A DNA stretch of 64,000 bases from Octopus vulgaris (lineage: Eukaryota). Where the stretch lies: the NCBI GenBank assembly GCA_951406725.2, contig OX597825.1:43276001-43340000 (forward strand). Direction: 5' to 3'. Below, piece by piece: positions 1 to 13,407 of this stretch (its first letter is position 1; each line of letters starts with the position of its first letter). Under the pieces are notes generated by a model. It ran no database searches. It was not told the origin of the DNA and was given only the letters and a program-made list of their open reading frames with translations. Position numbers and translations under genes: made by a program.

Positions 1-776
1 CAACATCTGCATTACTCGCTCTCTTTGGGTATTTGCCATAGAGAGGTTTTTCTTGCCATTTATCATTCAGAATATCTAAGGCAGCAGTTTTAGTACGGGT
101 TTTCATGCGCTTAGATTTTTTTTGTGCTTGTTTCTTGTATGCCTATCTCTAATTCTGAAATTTGTTGTATTCGGAATTCACTTAGATATTCCTTTGCCTG
201 TTTTGTTATTGAGTATGATGCTTTCTTGTTTTCATGTTTTGAGTCAAGTTTTAACATCCAGTCCTCGGAGTTTTTCAGGTAGGTGTCAAGGCTAATTGTA
301 GCAATCTTCATTGTTATTGCCAGTTGTTAAAGTCCACGGCCTCGCGCTTTTCTTGGCAGATAAAGCTGTTCTATATCTGCCTTAGGGTGGTGCATTCTAT
401 GCATTGTCAACAGTCTTCGTATTTTTCTGTCAAGATTACATATTTCAGTAATTGACCAGTTAACGATACTGAAACTGTAAGTCACGACTAGTATGGCTAA
501 AGCATTGATCGCTTCGATCCTGTTTCTCGCATTCAGCTCTGTCTTGAGTATTGCTCTTACTCTGCGATAACATTCTCTCCTGATCTTTTCTTTCATCACT
601 GAATGCCTTATTCCGTCCCCTTCAATTACCCAAGGTACTTGTAGCTCTCCGCTGGGTCTAACTTTTTATGACATGCTGCTGGTCAAGGTTAGCGTTAGAT
701 GTTTCTGTCATATTTCCTTTGATAAAGGTAGCTTTTGCACATTTATCGAGGCCAAATTGCATTCTGATGTCATCAC
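1..776 (-). mobile_element. Non-LTR retrotransposon RT/thumb fragment, R4/Dong-like, frameshifted and 5'-truncated at an (ATT)n tract
   Basis: Minus-strand peptides SDDIRMQFGLDKCAKATFIKG and ...RVRAILKTELNARNRIEAINALAILVVTYSFSIVNW...LDRKIRRLLTMHRMHHPKADIEQLYLPRKARGRGL (ORF 327..599) match the post-catalytic region typical of R4/Dong LINEs. It runs off the window start. Confidence 0.8.
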
Positions 777-779
777 TAC

Positions 780-831
<52 letters not shown>
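777..831. repeat. (ATT)n microsatellite
   Basis: Directly visible; abuts the Dong-like fragment. Confidence 0.95.
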
Positions 832-2860
832 GAGTGACTAAGCGAGTAATGCATGCCAAAAAAGTTAATTGGGGTACATATATAAGTAGCCCAATATACC
901 CATCATGACTACCCCGTCCGATAAGCATACACCAGGCACATGCATCACAAACATATGCGCGCGGTATGGTGATGATTGTTATTAAAATCAATCACTTTCT
1001 ACTTTGTAACACTATAGGAGAAATAAGAAATAACAATTAGCTCGAGTACGAGAAGCAGCAAATATATATTATTTGAATTTCATTTTATTCCCACAAAGCC
1101 AAAACTGATTACTTGAAACCCTTCCGTGTCCATCCACACACAAACAAAATTGCTACTTGAAGACAAATACCCGCGAGCAGACATATCAAAAATAATAAAT
1201 TGTTTAAACTGAACGAAATGGAGATTGTGTGGTGATGATGAAATTATTTGGACATATATAAAAGCTCCTCTAATTATTTGTTGATATCAGACAAAGAGCA
1301 TTTAATAAGATGAATGTTAAATGGATATGTATAACAATTTTCAGCCTTGTCAATCAATGCCAAGATGACTTTTGTCAATGTTTAACATCTCAACGCCTAC
1401 GAGGCGGATTCAAAAGCGTTTTTGTATTTCAAGCTTTAATAGCTTAAACAAATTATATACGAGAAAGATCAAATTCTATTGTCCGGTGCCATTGTTGTTC
1501 CAGAATCTCAATTCCATACTTACAATATTAGGCTGTTTTAGAGGCAAAATATGCCATTTTCAGTCTCATCCACATTGGTGAAGTATATGAGCCATGGCTC
1601 GGGAAATGTGGTAAATTAATGTTGCAAGGTGTGGATTGTAGGCAGAGTGTGTTTCCAGCTCCTGAAATTCCTCTAGTTTGAGCTTGATCTCATTGTGATA
1701 CAACTAAAACATATTCCTCACGGAGCAAAAATACAAACTTTGTAAATAATTCCATAACCAAAGCAAAAAAATTTCCCATTTTTATCTCAAGAGAAGACTC
1801 CACAATGAAGGCGAAAACGAAAACCAAAACACTAAGCATGGTATTTATATTTACCCATAATACTGAAAACCATAACGTTTTACATTCAACCAAACGATAA
1901 CTTCCCTTCCGGTTCTACACTAATTTTTAAATTTCAAAAAGTTATCAACATTCAAAGACAAGCATATTAGAAGAAGAAATAGTGTAGGAAACGACACGTA
2001 GCAACTCCTGATGTTGGACGTGTTAAATAACGGAACAGAACAAAACAAAACATTGAAGAACGAGAAAGAATTGATGGTTATCAAAACTATTCTTTGCTGC
2101 GTAACATGACCACAATGGAGTTATAATAATATCGTTCAAACAATATAAAATTAAATATATCAGCTTAGAGTTGATAAGCAAAAATCAAAATTCGTTTTAT
2201 TAAAAAAATATAGGAAGAAAATAATCAACTATGAAAGGTAAAGAATAATTTATGAAAGTTCTAGATCCTAAACGAAAATGAATATATTCAACAGTACTAC
2301 TAAAACAACCACCATTATCCAGATGAGCCTTTCACACAAGGGTTTGAAAGCCAGTAAACAATGAAATCCCTTAAACATTACGGATGCATATAACTTTGAG
2401 ATGTTTGCCTTGCCTTAACGTTTGTTATCCTCTTTAACAATTATATATATATATATGAATAAAGTAAAGGCTATTTGCCAACATATTGTGGCTGTCCTGC
2501 AATGGTCGATGTTACTATTGTTTTATCCCCAAGAAGCATAGTTTCTAGTTGGCTATACGACACAATATCTGTGGCCTAGTTTGTGGGTCATTATCTTTAT
2601 CAACTCAGTAGAAGCTTGGTCAGATGGCGTTGCTAATAAAGAATTGTCCAAAACTCCGCCTACTATTTATTCTTACAATATCTGTACGCCACCTCAGACA
2701 CTCTATACATACATACACAAAAAAGACGAAACAAATTGTTGTTTTTTTAGGGTGTTTAAAATAATTGTTTATGTTATATTATATTCATAGTGTGTTATAT
2801 TATATTATAATATATGTAAATTATTGGATTGTCATTTGTAGCTCTCTATTTAACTTTTAA

Positions 2861-3278
2861 GAAAGTAAGAAAATGAAGATATAACATAATTTATTATCTG
2901 GAAGCATCAAACACGGTTCCTTACAACTGTTTCAATTAGATTTAATGGATTAAATAGTAATTGTTAAAATCATTAAATTAGGCAAACTCTCTTCAGAGGA
3001 GCAGAAAAAAGATAAACCTTTTTGTTTTTAAATGTTGTATTTTAAGTGTTATATTTTAGAATCACTGAGTCTGCTGTGATAATTCTAAAATACAACATTA
3101 AAAAAGCTAACGGTATTTCTTTTCTCAACCCTCTGAAGAAATTTTGTCTAATATAATCATTATGTTAATTACTATTTAATCTATTAGGCCTAATTGGTGG
3201 ATCTGTAAGGGACCATGTTTGATTTTTGCAGATAATAAATTTTTATCAAATGCTATATCTCCTTTTTCTTACTTTCTT
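2861..3278. repeat. Diverged fold-back (arms ~2861-3045 / ~3085-3278) containing a hammerhead-like motif
   Basis: gaaagtaagaaaatgaagatata...ctcttcagagg is mirrored by cctctgaaga...tatatctcctttttcttactttc. Confidence 0.75.
2918..3000 (-). ncRNA. Candidate type I hammerhead ribozyme with long stem II insert
   Basis: Minus strand reads tcct-CTGAAGA-(~56 nt)-GAAAC-agtt-GTA-agga: 4-bp stem I, near-palindromic stem III (acagttgt), GUA triplet. Confidence 0.55.
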
Positions 3279-3420
3279 TTGAATAATTATAAACCATGAT
3301 TTATATATAAACCTATTGTTTTATGAATATCATTATTCCCAACCAATATTAGGTATTAAACCAGCTATTCATTGGATGATACCATCCCTTACTGAGGCTA
3401 ATATAACCTCTAATTGAATG

Positions 3421-3482
<62 letters not shown>

Positions 3483-4731
3483 GATTAGAACTAAATATAT
3501 GTTGCCTAAAATAAGGCATAGATTAAAATAAACAATCCTGTTCAAGACTAGAATTTTCAGTTTGATATATGAAAAATATATTTCCCTCCATCACACTAAT
3601 CAATTGTCACGTAAATTCTAGTTAATTCTCGTTTATTGAATACTAATTTTTTTCATTCCTTTTTTCTTCACATGGTGTCGTCATATGATAAAAATTCGCA
3701 ACAATAGGGAAGAAAACTTCAGTCATTACATGAGCGACATATAATTTAAATGCGATTAAAAGAATTAAAATGTACGAAGTAGTTTTTCGTTATCTTTCTA
3801 TAACCAGTTTTTAGTTGTGTATTGGAGATGTGGCTTGGCTACGTCATTGATAAATTCTATAGCAAGGCGGATATTAATTACCCTCTTGCACAGTAATTCC
3901 TTCTCCACATTAAGTAAACTTCCCCGACGGAAACCTTTAAAAGCTATTGAAACAGAATGTTTCATTAGACGAAAAGTCCTCTGACTGATGTTCGATGACG
4001 TTTCGTTTTGCCATATACAATATTTAAACGATCCTGAAAGACGACATAATCTTGAACAACTGGTCCGTAAGACGTCGTGCCGGGACCTAAACAAGAGATG
4101 TACGAATTAACATGTGATTAGGACATCTAGGCAACTTTAGTGCGCGATTCGAAACTGTGAGACAATGTTGTACACAACTTCATGGTTGCCTCCAGTTTAA
4201 TTGAACGTGTTGCCAACAGAATTTCAATTCAACGGCCAAATCAACGCATGGTTTTTACTTTAAAAAATTAAATTGGGATTTAAACTTCGGCTATTCTCTG
4301 TTGATCCTCAGGTATACCCTATTGTTCTCTGGTTATTCTCTGGAGATTTGAGCGAACTGAGAAGTAGACAAATTCTAACGTGCAACACATGATAGCATTC
4401 TTGTTGCCAAGTAACACCATATTCTTCAGTAGAAGACTTCTCTAATACATTTGTGTATGTATATATGGGTAGATACACACACACACACACACACGTACGC
4501 ACATATACAGTTATAAGTATATAACTGTATGCATATTATATTATATATACATACATATACACACACGTATATATATGTAGATGTGCATATATATATGTAC
4601 GTATGTAGTTGTGCATATTTTATGTATATGTGTATATATCTATGTATATATATTTGTGCATGTTTAAGAGTGTGTAAATGCGTGTTTGTACAGAAACACT
4701 CACATACTAATATAGATATATGTATACATAT

Positions 4732-4774
<43 letters not shown>

Positions 4775-4781
4775 TACATAC

Positions 4782-5677
4782 ATGAATGAGGGAAAATTTG
4801 AGCTGATGCATTTTGGAAGAAATTCCTCACTAAAACAACCATACCCTCTTCCTTCAGGGGAACCGCTCACAGCCTCTAACAATATCAGAGACCTGGGTGT
4901 AATTGTTGATGACGATCTCAGTCGAGGTGCACACATCAACAAGAAGGTCGATATAGCTCGTAGGATGAATTCCTGGATCTGAAGAACTTTCCGGTCCAGA
5001 CAACAAGGTGTCATCATACCACTTTTTTCCTCCTTTGTACGGCCACACCTTGAATACTGCTGCCCACTGTGGTCTCCCCATACAAGACAAAACATCTCCA
5101 GAATTGAGTCACCCCAGAGGGCACTCACTAAACGAATTGAAGGCATGGCTGCTCTAGATTATTGGGATCGCCTTAAAGCATTGAAACTTTACTCCCTCCA
5201 GCGTCGCCGTGAGCGGTACATCATTTGTACAATGTGGAGAATATACCGCCAACTTTGCCCAAACGACCTTAACATTAGCTTCAAGGTTCATCCAAGACTG
5301 GGACCACGGGCCATACGTCCCCTGCCCAATTCACGATCACAACATACATGTACACTGCAACATAATTTATTTTCCTCAACAGGCCCTGCTTTATTTAACA
5401 TTGTCCGGAGGGAGATCAAAGAGGAAAAGGATCCCATCAACTTTAAACGGAGTCCGGATAGATTCCTTCAAAGAATACCAGATAAGCCACCCATAATTGG
5501 ATACAACTCACCCAACAAGAACTCACTACTTGAACAAAACTTGATACAACTCACCCAACAAGAACTCACTACTTGAATAAAACTTGACTTAAACAGGATT
5601 CGAATAATCCTATCAGGTTGTGCTATTAAGTTAGACATGGCCTGGATCAAACATATCTAAGTTTTTATCTAAGTTTT
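4782..5677 (+). mobile_element. CR1-group LINE 3' fragment (RT C-terminus and 3' end)
   Basis: NEGKFELMHFG...IRDLGVIVDDDLS...*RTF...FVRPHLEYCCPLWSPH...DYWDRLKALKLYSLQRRRERY, with one in-frame stop at ~4980. Ends in a short tandem duplication and an atctaagtttt repeat. Confidence 0.88.
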
Positions 5678-6408
5678 ACATACATACATAAATACATACA
5701 TGCATATATACATACATACATGTACATGTATCTATGATAAAGATGTTCTATTTACATGCATTCTGATGAGTATGCGTATCGACGCTCTCATGCATGCGTG
5801 TTATCGTAATATAAGCTTCCTAATTTTTGCCTGAAGTAATTCCATTAATTTGCTTACAGATATTCCATAATAAATCAATACAATTCGGATATTTTGCTTT
5901 GTGTTTTTCCTTTAATATATGCGTATTTTTGTGTTTGCTTTCAATTCGGATAATACATGGTAAATACATTCAAATTTTTGCTAATTCATCACCAGTTGTA
6001 ATATTGTGATAATTTCTTACGACTCTAACTGCTCATCTGTTTAACTTATGTTATTACTCGAAGCTAATAGCTGAAAATATAAGAACAAAAGAAAAAGAAA
6101 TTACTTTAATTTTTAAATTAGGAAAAATTATAACTGATTTCAATATTGATATGTATGTCTATATCAGCAAGAGAATTTGTGTGAGTTTGTATTTCATTAT
6201 GTGTGTATGCACATGTGTGTAAGCCTGTGCGGGCTGCCTGTTTGTCCACACATATCCGCCGAGAGAAAGAAAGACAGCAATATAAAGTTAGAGAGAGATG
6301 GAAAGAGAGATACAAGCATATATAAATTACCAAAATTGTTTTAACAATGTTTTCATTGTGAAACGTTGCAATTTTGCAACAACGAATATATATGCCACAT
6401 AATTCATG

Positions 6409-6411
<3 letters not shown>

Positions 6412-6491
<80 letters not shown>
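6412..6491. repeat. (GT)n microsatellite
   Basis: Directly visible. Many similar (TA)n/(GT)n/(CA)n tracts occur across the window and are not all listed. Confidence 0.95.
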
Positions 6492-6493
<2 letters not shown>

Positions 6494-9022
6494 CAATAAA
6501 GAAACTAAATCTACACATATAATATATTTTTAAAGAACGACGTACCTTCCTGTGGATTTTAAAAGAATGTATTAAAATTTTATTTTGAGTGTGTAAATGT
6601 GTATTAATGCATTGTTATTGACGAAATGTATTTATTATCTAAAAATGTAATGTTTAGCGAGTTTTTATTTTTCGAACACCACTGATAAATTATTACCATA
6701 TGAATGTATATTACTTGTAGAGAAATTTAACTGATAGTAACATACAGGAGTCATTTTCAGTGATGATAAAAATATTAAACGTGATGCATGTTAGTTGTAT
6801 TGAAGGAGCTGCTAATAAAAATGGAGTGTATTTGTATGCAATAGCATTCTTTAAATAATTATACAACTTTTAAAGAAAAAGGTATAAATTAGAAAACCCA
6901 TTCTGCTTACGTATCTGCAAAACATCATACATAATTATTTTGAATTTTCAATTAAAGCAAATTCAGAATATTCACTACTTAAATACGATAAATGCGCATA
7001 TCTTCAAAGACCTTCTAGTTTTATTGCTTGCAGCTTTCTAAATGAGGAGAGTATATGCATGTTTAACATGATATTTACACGTAAGTTGGAAAAAAATTAC
7101 TCAATGTCTCATCAGCAATATACAGTGTGATATGAGTTGTCATTTAGAAAATAAAGAGTTCATTCATAAGGGTTCATTTAATATTTGTGATAATAAGAAT
7201 GTTAGATAAAAGAGTAATAAACAGGGCTCGATTCATCATACCGCCGTTTCCACCGAAATTCAGGAAGGCGATATCATAATACAGATTTCTTTTGATAAGT
7301 GTTGTAAAATGTAAGTTTTTGACGATTAGAGGTCATGCACATTACGCCTTCCGATTCCCTATTTGATACAAATTCAATACACCTACATGGCTTGTACTGT
7401 TGTCTTTTACTGTTTAGTATCGTTACACACATTACCGGCTAGCCTACAGATATTTAACAACTTTTAGCATAATCTTTCACCCATCACAAAGCTATTCAAC
7501 TACTATGCATGTTGGGTGCAATTTTATTGAATAAAGATAAAAGCAAAATTGAACAGAAATATAAAGAAAGACTCTCAAATATTTTTGACTCGATGAAAGT
7601 TATTTTAATCGTATTCAGCCAATAAAACGAAAATACTTTGCCACTAACTCACTAGGAAATCGTAGAGTGCTAAAATTAATTTCCAAATATAAAAAGTCAC
7701 AAAATACCACTTTAATGAATACCGATTCTCAATAGTAGAAAACGCCGCTAGTTTCCATGGTAAAATTACAGAGTTTTGTACATATATACACACGCTAGCA
7801 TGGCAATGTTTTCTATGTAAATATTATTCACAGGTATTTCATTTTAATCGTAATATTTCTAAGTACTACTCATTCAAACATTGCTGAAAATGGAACAGTA
7901 TTTTGTTCATCCAGTACATGATTGGTTGATAATTCTCTTTCATCTAATGAATAAAATCACTCTTCAAACTTTTCAATTCTGAGACAAAAGTTTTGCACTA
8001 TGAGAAAGGAGAAAATTGTCTCTTAATTAATACTTGACTAATCCATAGTGATGATCTTTAAAAACATTTTCCTGTATATTACACAATGATAATATCACAT
8101 CCCAAATGCCAAAGTTGTCATATTTTCATATTCTTGGCACTGAATGCTGATGAACGAGTAATTAAAGCGCTTATTGTTGATCCTTTTCAAAATGTAAATT
8201 AATTGTTTTGTAGCATGCTATTAGGCAACTTACTTCTCGTATATTTTATCTTAGTTTGGGGACATGGTAAATGCGATTCTTGCATAATTTCTACTATATT
8301 TACATTTATTATATTGTTAAAATTACTAACCTGTCTTCACTTCATTAAATAGGCAACCTCTGAGAAAAGAAAACATTTTCTTATTAAGTCATCAATGAAA
8401 TAAGTGGCCAAAAGATAATGGATTACGTAATTTTAACTACATAGCATATTCTAAAATATACTCATACCGTTCAGAAATCAATAGATATAGTAAAATGATA
8501 TAAAATATGAACATGGTTTCATCTTATTTGTCTCTATTCTAGACATACCTATTGCCCAGTGGAATATTATTCCGATGAATGATCCACATTGCAGCAGAAC
8601 CCTGTTGAGTATTTGGCGCAAAAAGAAGGCTTTATTCTCACTCAGATAAATCTTTTCAAAAGCTGCCTAGTGTGTGTTTTGGGTTTGAATAAATCCACTT
8701 GCTGTCATCATTAGGTTTCACATACATGGGACAACTAATGAGGGAATTCTAAAATTTAATTATCTATTTTAATAAGTGTGTCACAGACAAGTTCTCAGTC
8801 ATTTGAATCTTGTGATTAGAAATAATCATATTTACTGCAACAAATGAAACATCTCGGAAATAAATCATTAAAAGACGATATTGCGAAACAACTTTTATAT
8901 ATTTCGATTTCTTTCTAGAATTCATACCATATCAGCATCCATATTGACAAACAAAACAAAACATAGAACAGGGCTAGCCAAAAATGTTGCCGAAAGATGT
9001 ACTCATCTCCCTTAGGTTAGAT

Positions 9023-10070
9023 TCTTCTTCTTCTTCTTCTTCTTCTTCTTCTTCTTCTTCTTCTTCTTCTTCTTCTTCTTCTTCTTCTTCTTCTGCTGCT
9101 GCTGCTGCTGCTTAACTACTTCTTCCTCCACTTTTTCTTCTTATTCGTTTTCTTCTTTTCTCCTTTTCTTCCACGTCTCCTTTTCTTCTTCTTCTTCTCA
9201 TTTCTTCCCCTTTTCCTTCTTTGTCTTCTTCTCCTTTGTCATCTTTTTCTTCTTTTTCTTCATTTTCTCTGTTTTCTTCTCTTCCTTTCTTATTTTCCTT
9301 CATCTTTTTCGTCCGTTTCTTTTTCTCCTTCGTCTTCTTCTTTTCCATCTTTGTCTCTTTTCTTCTTCTTTTTCCTTCTTCTCCGTTTTCCTTCTTCATC
9401 TTCAGCTGTTTATTGTTCTCCTTCGTCTTTCTCTTTTTTCCGTCTTTGTCTTCTTTTTCTTCGTCTTCTTCCCCTTTTCTTTTTCTTCTTCTTCTTCTTC
9501 TCTTCTTCTTCTTATTCTTATTCTTCTTATTCTTATTCTTCTTATTCTTATTCTTCTACTTCTCCTTCATCCTCTTCTTCTTTTCTACTTTTTCATGTTC
9601 TTTTTCCCTTATTCTTCTTCCCCTGTACTTCTTCTATTCTTCTTCTTTTCTCCTTATTCTTGTTCTTGCTCTTTTTTCTTCTTCATCTTCTTTTCTTTTA
9701 CTTCTTATTCTTCTTGTTCTCTTCTTCTTCCTGTTCGTCTTTCCTTCTTCCTCTTCTTTGTCTTCTTCATCTTCCCCTCTTCCTCCTTCTTCATCATCTT
9801 CTTCGTCTTCCCCTCCTCTTTCTTCTTTTTCTTCTTCTTTTCTTTTACTTCTTTTTTCTTCATCTTCTTCGTCTTCCACTGCTCCTCCCCTTCTCCTCCC
9901 TCTTCTTCTTCCCTGTCTTCTTCATCTTCCCCTACTTTTCCTTATTCATGTTCTTTTCCTTCTTTTTTCTTCTCTTTTTTTCTGTTCCTCCTTCTTCTTC
10001 CTTTCCTTCCCGTCCTTCTTGTTCTTTTTCTTTTCCTTCGTCTTCTTTATCTTCATTTTCTTCTTTTATC
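9023..10070. repeat. (CTT)n-(CTG)n microsatellite followed by ~950 bp degenerate polypyrimidine (CTT-derived) low-complexity tract
   Basis: Directly visible; it accounts for all overlapping S/F/L- and K/E/R-rich ORFs here. Confidence 0.95.
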
Positions 10071-11701
10071 GTTGGTACTTTTAAATATTTGTTAGGACAT
10101 GTAGGTTGTGGAGACCAGCTCATGCAAAAGCTCATGGCACGAAACTAATATTTAACTGTCTCACATTGATTTTGCAGGTTTTCACTACGGTGGCATCTTC
10201 GCATTTACGTTTCAAACCTTTGTTTTCCAATACAAGAATTATCGCCATAAATATCAACAAAATTGGTAATTATCTAGTTCTTGAAAAATTCTTATTCATT
10301 CTTTATCGTTCGAAAAAGACCTGTACACACAGCAAACTTTTAGTAATATTACGAAAAATATAATATTGATATTAGCACGTTATATAATATTAATAAGAAA
10401 TCAAAACAATGAACCATGATCATTGAAACAAATAAGAGTATTGATTGTGTATAACTGCAAGTCTACGCTCCGCATTAATTGAAATGACAGTAGCTCCTTT
10501 CTTAGCTAACACTAAATGTACGTAGACTGAACTCAAAACGAGTTAACTAGAGTGAGCAAGGTCATTATTCACACAATGATAACATTATGGAATATACTTT
10601 CCTTTCCATATGTAAAGACAGTTTCTCAGCGACAGTTTGGTTTGGCGGTTTAGACGACAAACGTGATTGCAAATTCACTCAATTGAACGTCGCTGAGATT
10701 TACTCGTCTATAACTGAATAACGTATAATGAAAATTTTATAATTTGACTGCAAGTACGCTATCTCACAGATCTAGATATAAGCCAATCAGTTTATATTTC
10801 AATGATTCTTTCTGCTTTCTGCTTGAAGTGTAATGGCTCGTAACACTTCGCTTTCTCTACGGGCATTGATAGGTTTGAAATCTGCAACTTTATAGTATTA
10901 TTTATGTTACATAAACTTCTGCATGAATTTATCTATATTCAATCAGGAATATTCCGTAATTACACCTACAACAATATTGCTCATCAAATCGCTTCAAATT
11001 GTTTAATTGATACTTTTAGACAAAGAGACCTTAAAAATACCGTAAATGATAGTACTAATATAGCCGACTTTTTAGACATTGCTCAAATTTGCGATTTTTA
11101 CAGCTTTCATAGGGAAACCGAGAAAATTTATACTTACGGTGACTGCAATCATGTATTCTAAAAAGTCCAGAAAATTTATCCATAAAAGCTAATAAAAAAA
11201 ATTCCATATCATTATTTTCTTTTATACATTTTCTATTTCACCAACTTTCCTTCTATATACAGGCCTCTTATAAGTTAAACGTTGTATATAGTTCAGATTA
11301 TACCTGATGTAATATTGGCATTTACCCCATATTACTAGTGCTTCATGAGTTTGCTTATAAACTGCAAGTGACATAGATCTCCATTTTTTAATGCATCTAA
11401 CGTGCTACTATATCTATTTGATAGTATGAGAAAAACAAGCAAAATACAAAAATATATATACTTGATTATGAAAAGATATAGTTAGATAAATAGATAGATA
11501 GATATGTGTGTGTCTTAGTGTGCGATTTTGAGTACATATGTGTGTGTGTGTCAATAACTATGGCATGTAAAGATATTGTTATATTTTTTTAGTATAATAG
11601 CATCTCTAGTAAAATGGAATAGGCTCTACCACAAATATCTTAGTACACCACCCACTTCGTTCAGGTATCTGTGTTTGTATGCATGCATCATATGCATATA
11701 T

Positions 11702-11785
<84 letters not shown>

Positions 11786-11987
11786 GACGGGCTTCTTTCA
11801 CTTTCCTGTATGCGACTACTACTTATACTTAGAAAAAATATATACGATTCCGTACTGTTACAGATTAACTTTTACTGAGAGTTTTAGGATAACTTATTTC
11901 TCTTTTTTAACATCATCAACAGTTTGTCACTGGAAGAATCATATAGTATTTTGCGAGTGGAATCAATTTTCAACACTAGCAGTTGAT

Positions 11988-12035
11988 TATCACACACTGA
12001 AGACGGGTAACTACCCAGAAACCCGGGAGCGATGA
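11988..12035 (+). ncRNA. Degenerate hammerhead-like motif
   Basis: CTGAAGA-c-gggt-aact-accc-a-GAAAC-ccggg. Stem II and a palindromic stem III are present, but the cleavage triplet and stem I are broken. A related ggtaactatcc.gaa motif lies at ~16228-16265. Confidence 0.4.
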
Positions 12036-12659
12036 CCTCCCCTCGCAAACACTAATCTGACACAGACAGTGTATCGTGAGCCAGCTGGAGGAGATCTCTG
12101 CCTAAGGCTAAAGACAACAGTAACATCGTCCTCTATGGGGCCGCCATAAATATATTTTACGTATAAACGGTGAAAATATTGTCAATTTCCCCAAACAGGG
12201 ACACAATTCAATTTTTAAACAATAACCAAAGCTCCTTTTCCCAAAGGGGGAGGGTTACAGTTTACAATTATTTAACAAATGCAACACAACGTTTCCCTTA
12301 CGAGGAACCAACAAACGCGATGACAATAGTTAAACAGTAATAATAATTACAACAAACCTTACGGTGAATCAAAAAGCAGTACGCAGTTGAAGCTATAGTC
12401 TTTTATGTATAAGAAATAAACCAACAGCAGTACTCAGTAGAAGCGGCTGTTCGAGAAAACAGACATTACATACAGCCAAACTTCATATAGATACTTAATT
12501 CTAGCTCATTAGCAGATAATCTAATGTAAAAGCCGTGGTAAATGGTATGTGCACAGCTCCATCTGGATTATTCCATTTCTGCACACTAATTTTATTTTTA
12601 ATTTATTCCCATTCATGTGAAACCACTTATTCAAGTTCAAGTCATTGATGCAATTTTAT

Positions 12660-13037
12660 ACCAATTGCTATTTTTACTTTTGTTATGTTACGATTATGTT
12701 ATACTTTAGTTTGATTTTAATTATTATTTACTATATATAATTCAATTGTTATTATCTCTAATTTTTATTGTTAAAGTGAAAGTATCTGACATAAAATAGA
12801 GAAATGTTTTTGTTTCACTTTTAACACGTAATACTGAAATAGTGGAGAAGATATGATATTGCTATGGTCTCGCCCTAGGCAAGAGGTTGAACATTTTTTT
12901 GCCCATGAAACTACATGTACCCTAAGTAAGGCGTGTGTAAAATTTGAATGAAATTGGTTGTGTAGTTCTCAAGTTTTAGGGAAACACACAGACAGACAGA
13001 CACACACGCACACACATTCTCAGTTTTATATATAGAG
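12660..13037 (+). mobile_element. Probable non-autonomous Helitron/Helentron-associated (HINE/DINE-like) element 3' part
   Basis: Ends aaatttgaatgaaattggttgtgtagtt...acagacagacagacacacac...ttttatatatagag, the usual microsatellite plus terminal layout of these elements. A 5'-end-like motif (ctagcagagatacctggcgttgcccgggat, minus) occurs at ~30481-30510. Confidence 0.4.
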
Positions 13038-13038
13038 T

Positions 13039-13120
13039 GATAAGTCCTGGGGTAGATTTGCGCGACTAAAGGCGGTACTCCAGCATGGCCGCAGTCAAAT
13101 GACAAACAAGTAAAAGAGTA
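13039..13120 (+). mobile_element. SINE 3' fragment (same family as 58937-59345)
   Basis: aagtcctggggtagattt..gactaaaggcggtactccagcatggccgcagtcaaatga matches the 3' part of the copy at 59255-59340. Confidence 0.75.
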
Positions 13121-13407
13121 CAAGAGTATATATGAATATATTAATTGAAATGTATTCATATGAGCATGTGTGTTGGAACACTCATACGAACTTGAGCATT
13201 ACTTTTTGTATATATGTTGCCTGTGTGTGTTTTCGTGTGTGTGTGTATGTGTGTTTATTTTTGTGTGCATATGTGTGTGTGCATGCACGCGTATATGTAT
13301 GTGCATGTATATGTCAAAATTATATATATTTGTATACATATACAGGAATAGATATACAGGAATATAGATATACAGGAATTCCTGTATAGATATATCCTGT
13401 ATAGGTA

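Noticed and set aside
5763-5800. CTGATGAG as a hammerhead core
   Set aside because: No downstream GAAA or stem III.
9112-10148. Long overlapping ORFs of up to 287 aa
   Set aside because: They arise from CTT/GAA low-complexity sequence that lacks stops in several frames; no domain content.
12135-12150. PBS-like tggcggcccc (minus), and ttggcgcc at ~43607
   Set aside because: No paired LTRs or gag/pol remnant were found.
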